Shown: positions 60,579-64,000 of the stretch, in pieces
Numbering within the stretch: position 1 is the first letter of the stretch
Layout: each line of letters starts with the position of its first letter
NCBI GenBank assembly: GCA_963663035.1
Contig: OY760074.1
Coordinates: 3,072,001 to 3,136,000, forward strand
Origin: Acidobacteriota bacterium
Lineage (GTDB): Bacteria; Acidobacteriota; UBA6911; RPQK01; JADFOI01
Direction: 5' to 3'
Length of the DNA: 64,000 nt
Made by a program: the position numbers and the translations under genes
The notes under the pieces: generated by a model
Told to the model about the DNA's origin: nothing
Database searches by the model: none
Seen by the model: the letters and a program-made list of their open reading frames with translations, nothing else

Positions 60579-62237
60579 ATGGATAGGGAACGTCGGGATC
60601 TCAGCAGAAGAGATTTCATCAAACAGGGTACGGCGGCGGGTGCCGGTGTGACGGCGTTGACCGTCGTCGCTTCGAGCCGAACATCGACCGCTTCCGCGGC
60701 TCAAGCCGACTGGCAGCACTCGGCGGACGTCGTGGTAGTGGGCGCGGGCGCCTCGGGGCTCCCCGCGGCCATCATGGCCCGCGACCAGGGAGCGTCAGTC
60801 GTCGTGATCGAGGAAAACTACTCCATAGGCGGTCACGGCATGGTCAGCGGCGGCAATCTCGCCCTGGGGGGAGGAACCAGCCGGCAAAAGAAATACGGGA
60901 TCGAGGATTCCGCCGATCAGCTCTACCTGGATCATACCGACCACACTTACGACTACGGCAGGTACGCGGACCGCGAGCTCATTCGCGTTTGGTCCGAGGA
61001 GAACGCGCCGACCCATGAATTTCTGATCGAAAACGGCGTCCGTTTCTATGACGATGAGCCCCAGCGCAGCGGCCGCATGAGCGCTCCCAGATCGGCCAAA
61101 ACCCGGCCCTTTTCCAACGATCTGAACGAAACCATCAACGGGAGGCCCGGCTCGGGTCTCGTCAGACACCTGGAGGCCAGCGCCAGGCGAAAGGGCGTGA
61201 GGTTCCTTCTGCTACACAAAGCGATCCGGCTTCTCAGACAGGGCGGATCCCGGGGAAGGGTCACCGGAATCTCGGCGCGATTCGAGGACGCGGAGGTGAA
61301 CATTCAGGCCAGAAGAGGGGTCATCCTGGCCACCGGCGGGCACACGAGTAACGTGGACCTCCGAAGAATGTTCGACCCAAGACTGACCGAGGAGTATCAG
61401 GTTGCAGGCGAACCCTGGACCAAGCAAACGGGTGACGGCGAGATCATGGCCATGGAAATCGGTGCCGCGTTGTGGGCCACGGCGAACCAGACGGCCAGCA
61501 GTCGCCCGGTTACCAAGCCAGAGCACATTGGGTGTCGGTACGGTTACGGGAACCTGAAGTGGAATCCCAAGAGCCCGATGTTCCAGCAGGCAGGGGCCTC
61601 AGGTCTTTCGGTAAGGGACTATCAGGATGTGGTTTTCATCAACCAGGTGGGCCTGAGATTCTGGGATGAGCTGGACGGCTCCCGTGCCTTCGTCGACGCT
61701 TGCCTGGGAACCAACGGAAGTCTGGGCAGGAGCGGCCAGAAGGCCAACGGGGGGGGGCCCATATGGGCCATCTTCGACTCTGAGGCGGTGAAACGGGAGC
61801 GCTGGAACCCCAGGCCCCCGCACGTGGATCCAAATGGTTTTTTCTTCCGCGCCGACACGATCGGGGAACTGGCCCAGCGTATTTCCAACCCCTATCAATT
61901 GCAGCCGGTTCCTCCCGCCGTCCTCGATGAAACGATCAGGAAATACAATTCCTACGTCGATCTGGGCAGGGACCCGGACTTCGGGAGACCGGTCCTCCTG
62001 CACAAGATCCAGACACCTCCCTTCTATGCCGCCTGGGCGACGCCGATTCTTCACGATTCATGCACAGGCCTTCGAATCGATCCCAGATGCCGGGTGGTGG
62101 ACATTCACAGCGAGGGCATACCCGGCCTCTACTGCGCCGGCGAATCGGCGGGCGGTTTCGCGCTACACGGTCTTCCCAGAGTGGTCGTCTTCGGTCGGAT
62201 TGCCGGCAGGGAAGCCGCGCTGGACCAGGCTTCGTAG
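60579..62237 (+). CDS. Tat-exported FAD-dependent oxidoreductase (flavocytochrome c flavin subunit / FAD_binding_2 family)
   Basis: SRRDFIK; VVVGAGASG, VILATGG, TGDG, PGLYCAGE, FGRIAG. Confidence 0.88.
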   Translation: MDRERRDLSRRDFIKQGTAAGAGVTALTVVASSRTSTASAAQADWQHSADVVVVGAGASGLPAAIMARDQGASVVVIEENYSIGGHGMVSGGNLALGGGTSRQKKYGIEDSADQLYLDHTDHTYDYGRYADRELIRVWSEENAPTHEFLIENGVRFYDDEPQRSGRMSAPRSAKTRPFSNDLNETINGRPGSGLVRHLEASARRKGVRFLLLHKAIRLLRQGGSRGRVTGISARFEDAEVNIQARRGVILATGGHTSNVDLRRMFDPRLTEEYQVAGEPWTKQTGDGEIMAMEIGAALWATANQTASSRPVTKPEHIGCRYGYGNLKWNPKSPMFQQAGASGLSVRDYQDVVFINQVGLRFWDELDGSRAFVDACLGTNGSLGRSGQKANGGGPIWAIFDSEAVKRERWNPRPPHVDPNGFFFRADTIGELAQRISNPYQLQPVPPAVLDETIRKYNSYVDLGRDPDFGRPVLLHKIQTPPFYAAWATPILHDSCTGLRIDPRCRVVDIHSEGIPGLYCAGESAGGFALHGLPRVVVFGRIAGREAALDQAS

Positions 62238-62399
62238 GAACCTGACCGGCTGAAGCACCGGGGTGCGTCCGTCGCGACCGGCTTGCTGCTGATCCGGTCT
62301 AATCGAATGAAATGAGCGAGTGGATCTTTTCCACCGTCTCCGGGCCAACGACGGATTCGAGCTGATTCAGGTCGGTGATCCTCTAGCGCCCTCTCAGAT

Positions 62400-62438
62400 T
62401 GACCTGCCCCCACTGACAAGACCACGTACTAAGTTAGA
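62400..62438 (+). mobile_element. Possible IS3-family terminal remnant
   Basis: TGACCTGCCCCC...AGTTAGA resembles IS3-family ends as I recall them; no transposase follows. Confidence 0.3.
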
Positions 62439-62541
62439 CCGGTAAGATCCCGGCCGTGTAGCGGGATCTCAAGAATCGCCTCCCCCGTATCGTGGGCTCG
62501 TTGCCGAACGTCAACATGTCGCTCATAGGACTAGCGGCACG

Positions 62542-63999
62542 TTACTGACGCTCACTGTTGGAACCCTCCTGGTGGTCGGGAATTGTCGCGCCCAACTTGA
62601 CGAGCAGGGCCATGGTGTCCTCGTATTTATTGTTCGCGGGCGCCAGCCGTTCGGCGACCTGATAGGGCGTCACTCCCCGGCGGTCCGCCGCATCCAGGTC
62701 CGAACCATTCTCCGCCAGGAATCGAACGATTTCTTGCGCGCGAATATTGACGGCAGCGTGCAGTGCTGTTCGACCATCCGAATCCCGCTCAGCGAGATCG
62801 GCTCCCAGCCCCACGAGAAGTTTCACGGCCTCCAAGCTATTCGCGTCCTCCGCCTCCTTGCTACCATGAAGGTCTTCCCGCGGAACGCCATCCGCAAGCC
62901 GCTTTGCTCCCGCTGCCAGCATCAGCGGCGGCGTCCCATCGAGCTCCAACTTCAGATGTGGGTCGGCGCCTGCGTCCAACAGGGCGCGCATGATACGCAC
63001 ATCGGCGGCAGCAGCGGCGAGAGCGAACGGCGTGCCTCCGATGGGGCTGTTATTCGACGTTTGATTCGTAAACTGCGAAAGAGGCGAGAAGTGTCCAGTG
63101 ATTCGGGCGTTCGGATTGGCTCCATGCGAGAGGAGCGCCTCGACCAATTCCGGCATGTTCGGCCGCCGTTCGGGTCGAGGTTTGTGATGCCCTCCTGTAA
63201 GAGTTTTACCAATGGCTACCCAGCCCTCGGGCACGGCATGATGCAGGGCCGTCCAGCCGTATGCATCCGTCGAGTTCGGATCCGCGCCTTTATCCAGCAG
63301 GAACAGCGCAAGCGCTTGATGCCCGTTCGCGGTTGCCATCACCAAGGCGCTGGGATTGGCGTCTGGGACAAAACAAAATGGACCCTCCCCGGGCCATCCT
63401 CGGTTATTGCCGTAATTGTTCACACAGGGACCGCCGGTCAGGTCCCGGCGCGCATCAGGTCCTCTGGCCGTCACTTCATTCACATCCACGCCCGCCCCAA
63501 GCAAGATCCGAGCCGACTCCAGATCCCCCTCCTGAGCGGAAAACATCAACGCGGTGAACCCATCCTTGGAACGTGCGTTGACATCCGCTCCTGCCTCAAT
63601 CAGCGCCTGCACAACCGGAGAGTGCTTCCCTGCCACCGCCCGCATCAGCGCGGTATGCCGCTGCCGCTCCTCTGTCACATCGACATCCGCCCCCGCTGAC
63701 AGCAGCAACTTGACCGCCTGGACATCGCCCGTGCGGGCGCATGTGATGAGTGGTGTCTCTCCGGTCCATTGGACCACGTTCGGATCGGCGCCCGCCTTCA
63801 GGAAAGTCGCCACCATGGCCGCACTCCGATTCTGACAAGCCAGCGTGAGAGGCGTGACGCCATAGTCGTTGGCCAGGTTCGGGTTGGCGCCGGCGCGAAC
63901 CAGCAGGTCAGCCGTCTCCAGATCGGTCCAGTGAGCGGCCCAAGCCAATGCGGTGGTTCCATCACCTTGCGTGGTATCGACATTCGCGCCCTGTTCTAT
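62542..63999 (-). CDS. Ankyrin-repeat protein, 5'-truncated by window edge
   Basis: Repeated G.TPL/TAL..A, LL..GAD.N; frame open to the window end. Confidence 0.92.
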   Translation of the reverse strand: MEQGANVDTTQGDGTTALAWAAHWTDLETADLLVRAGANPNLANDYGVTPLTLACQNRSAAMVATFLKAGADPNVVQWTGETPLITCARTGDVQAVKLLLSAGADVDVTEERQRHTALMRAVAGKHSPVVQALIEAGADVNARSKDGFTALMFSAQEGDLESARILLGAGVDVNEVTARGPDARRDLTGGPCVNNYGNNRGWPGEGPFCFVPDANPSALVMATANGHQALALFLLDKGADPNSTDAYGWTALHHAVPEGWVAIGKTLTGGHHKPRPERRPNMPELVEALLSHGANPNARITGHFSPLSQFTNQTSNNSPIGGTPFALAAAAADVRIMRALLDAGADPHLKLELDGTPPLMLAAGAKRLADGVPREDLHGSKEAEDANSLEAVKLLVGLGADLAERDSDGRTALHAAVNIRAQEIVRFLAENGSDLDAADRRGVTPYQVAERLAPANNKYEDTMALLVKLGATIPDHQEGSNSERQ

Positions 64000-64000
64000 G

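Noticed and set aside
62572-63699. 375-aa plus-strand ORF
   Set aside because: Antisense shadow of the GC-rich ankyrin gene; no recognisable motifs

Overview
Bacterial chromosome segment, probably Acidobacteriota (inferred from the Oar-type TonB receptor, VWA protein, glycine-zipper lipoprotein and multi-TM Ser/Thr kinase), that spans the likely replication origin. Housekeeping content: pnp-larB-dnaG, trkAH, metF, glmS, a full suf operon, moeA/moaC, methylmalonyl-CoA mutase, mnmG-parAB and rpmH-rnpA-yidD-yidC-jag-mnmE. It also has a parS site and an oriC-like DnaA-box/DnaA-trio module with no dnaA or dnaN next to it. Selenium machinery is present: tRNA-Sec and a UGA-recoded selD that the ORF track truncates. 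The most notable system is a candidate ether-lipid pathway beside the origin: an ElbD-like multidomain enzyme (fatty-acyl reductase, adenylation, ACP, acyltransferase), a very eukaryote-like alkyl-DHAP synthase (AGPS) and an SDR. Together these mirror the peroxisomal FAR/GNPAT/AGPS/alkyl-DHAP-reductase route. Other items: an ApbE flavinylation module with an apparently exported CbiX, an apparently plug-less TonB barrel, a cytochrome c-HhH fusion, two MITE families, vapBC and decayed cytochrome c genes. All assignments come from motif recognition by eye; no database searches were run.
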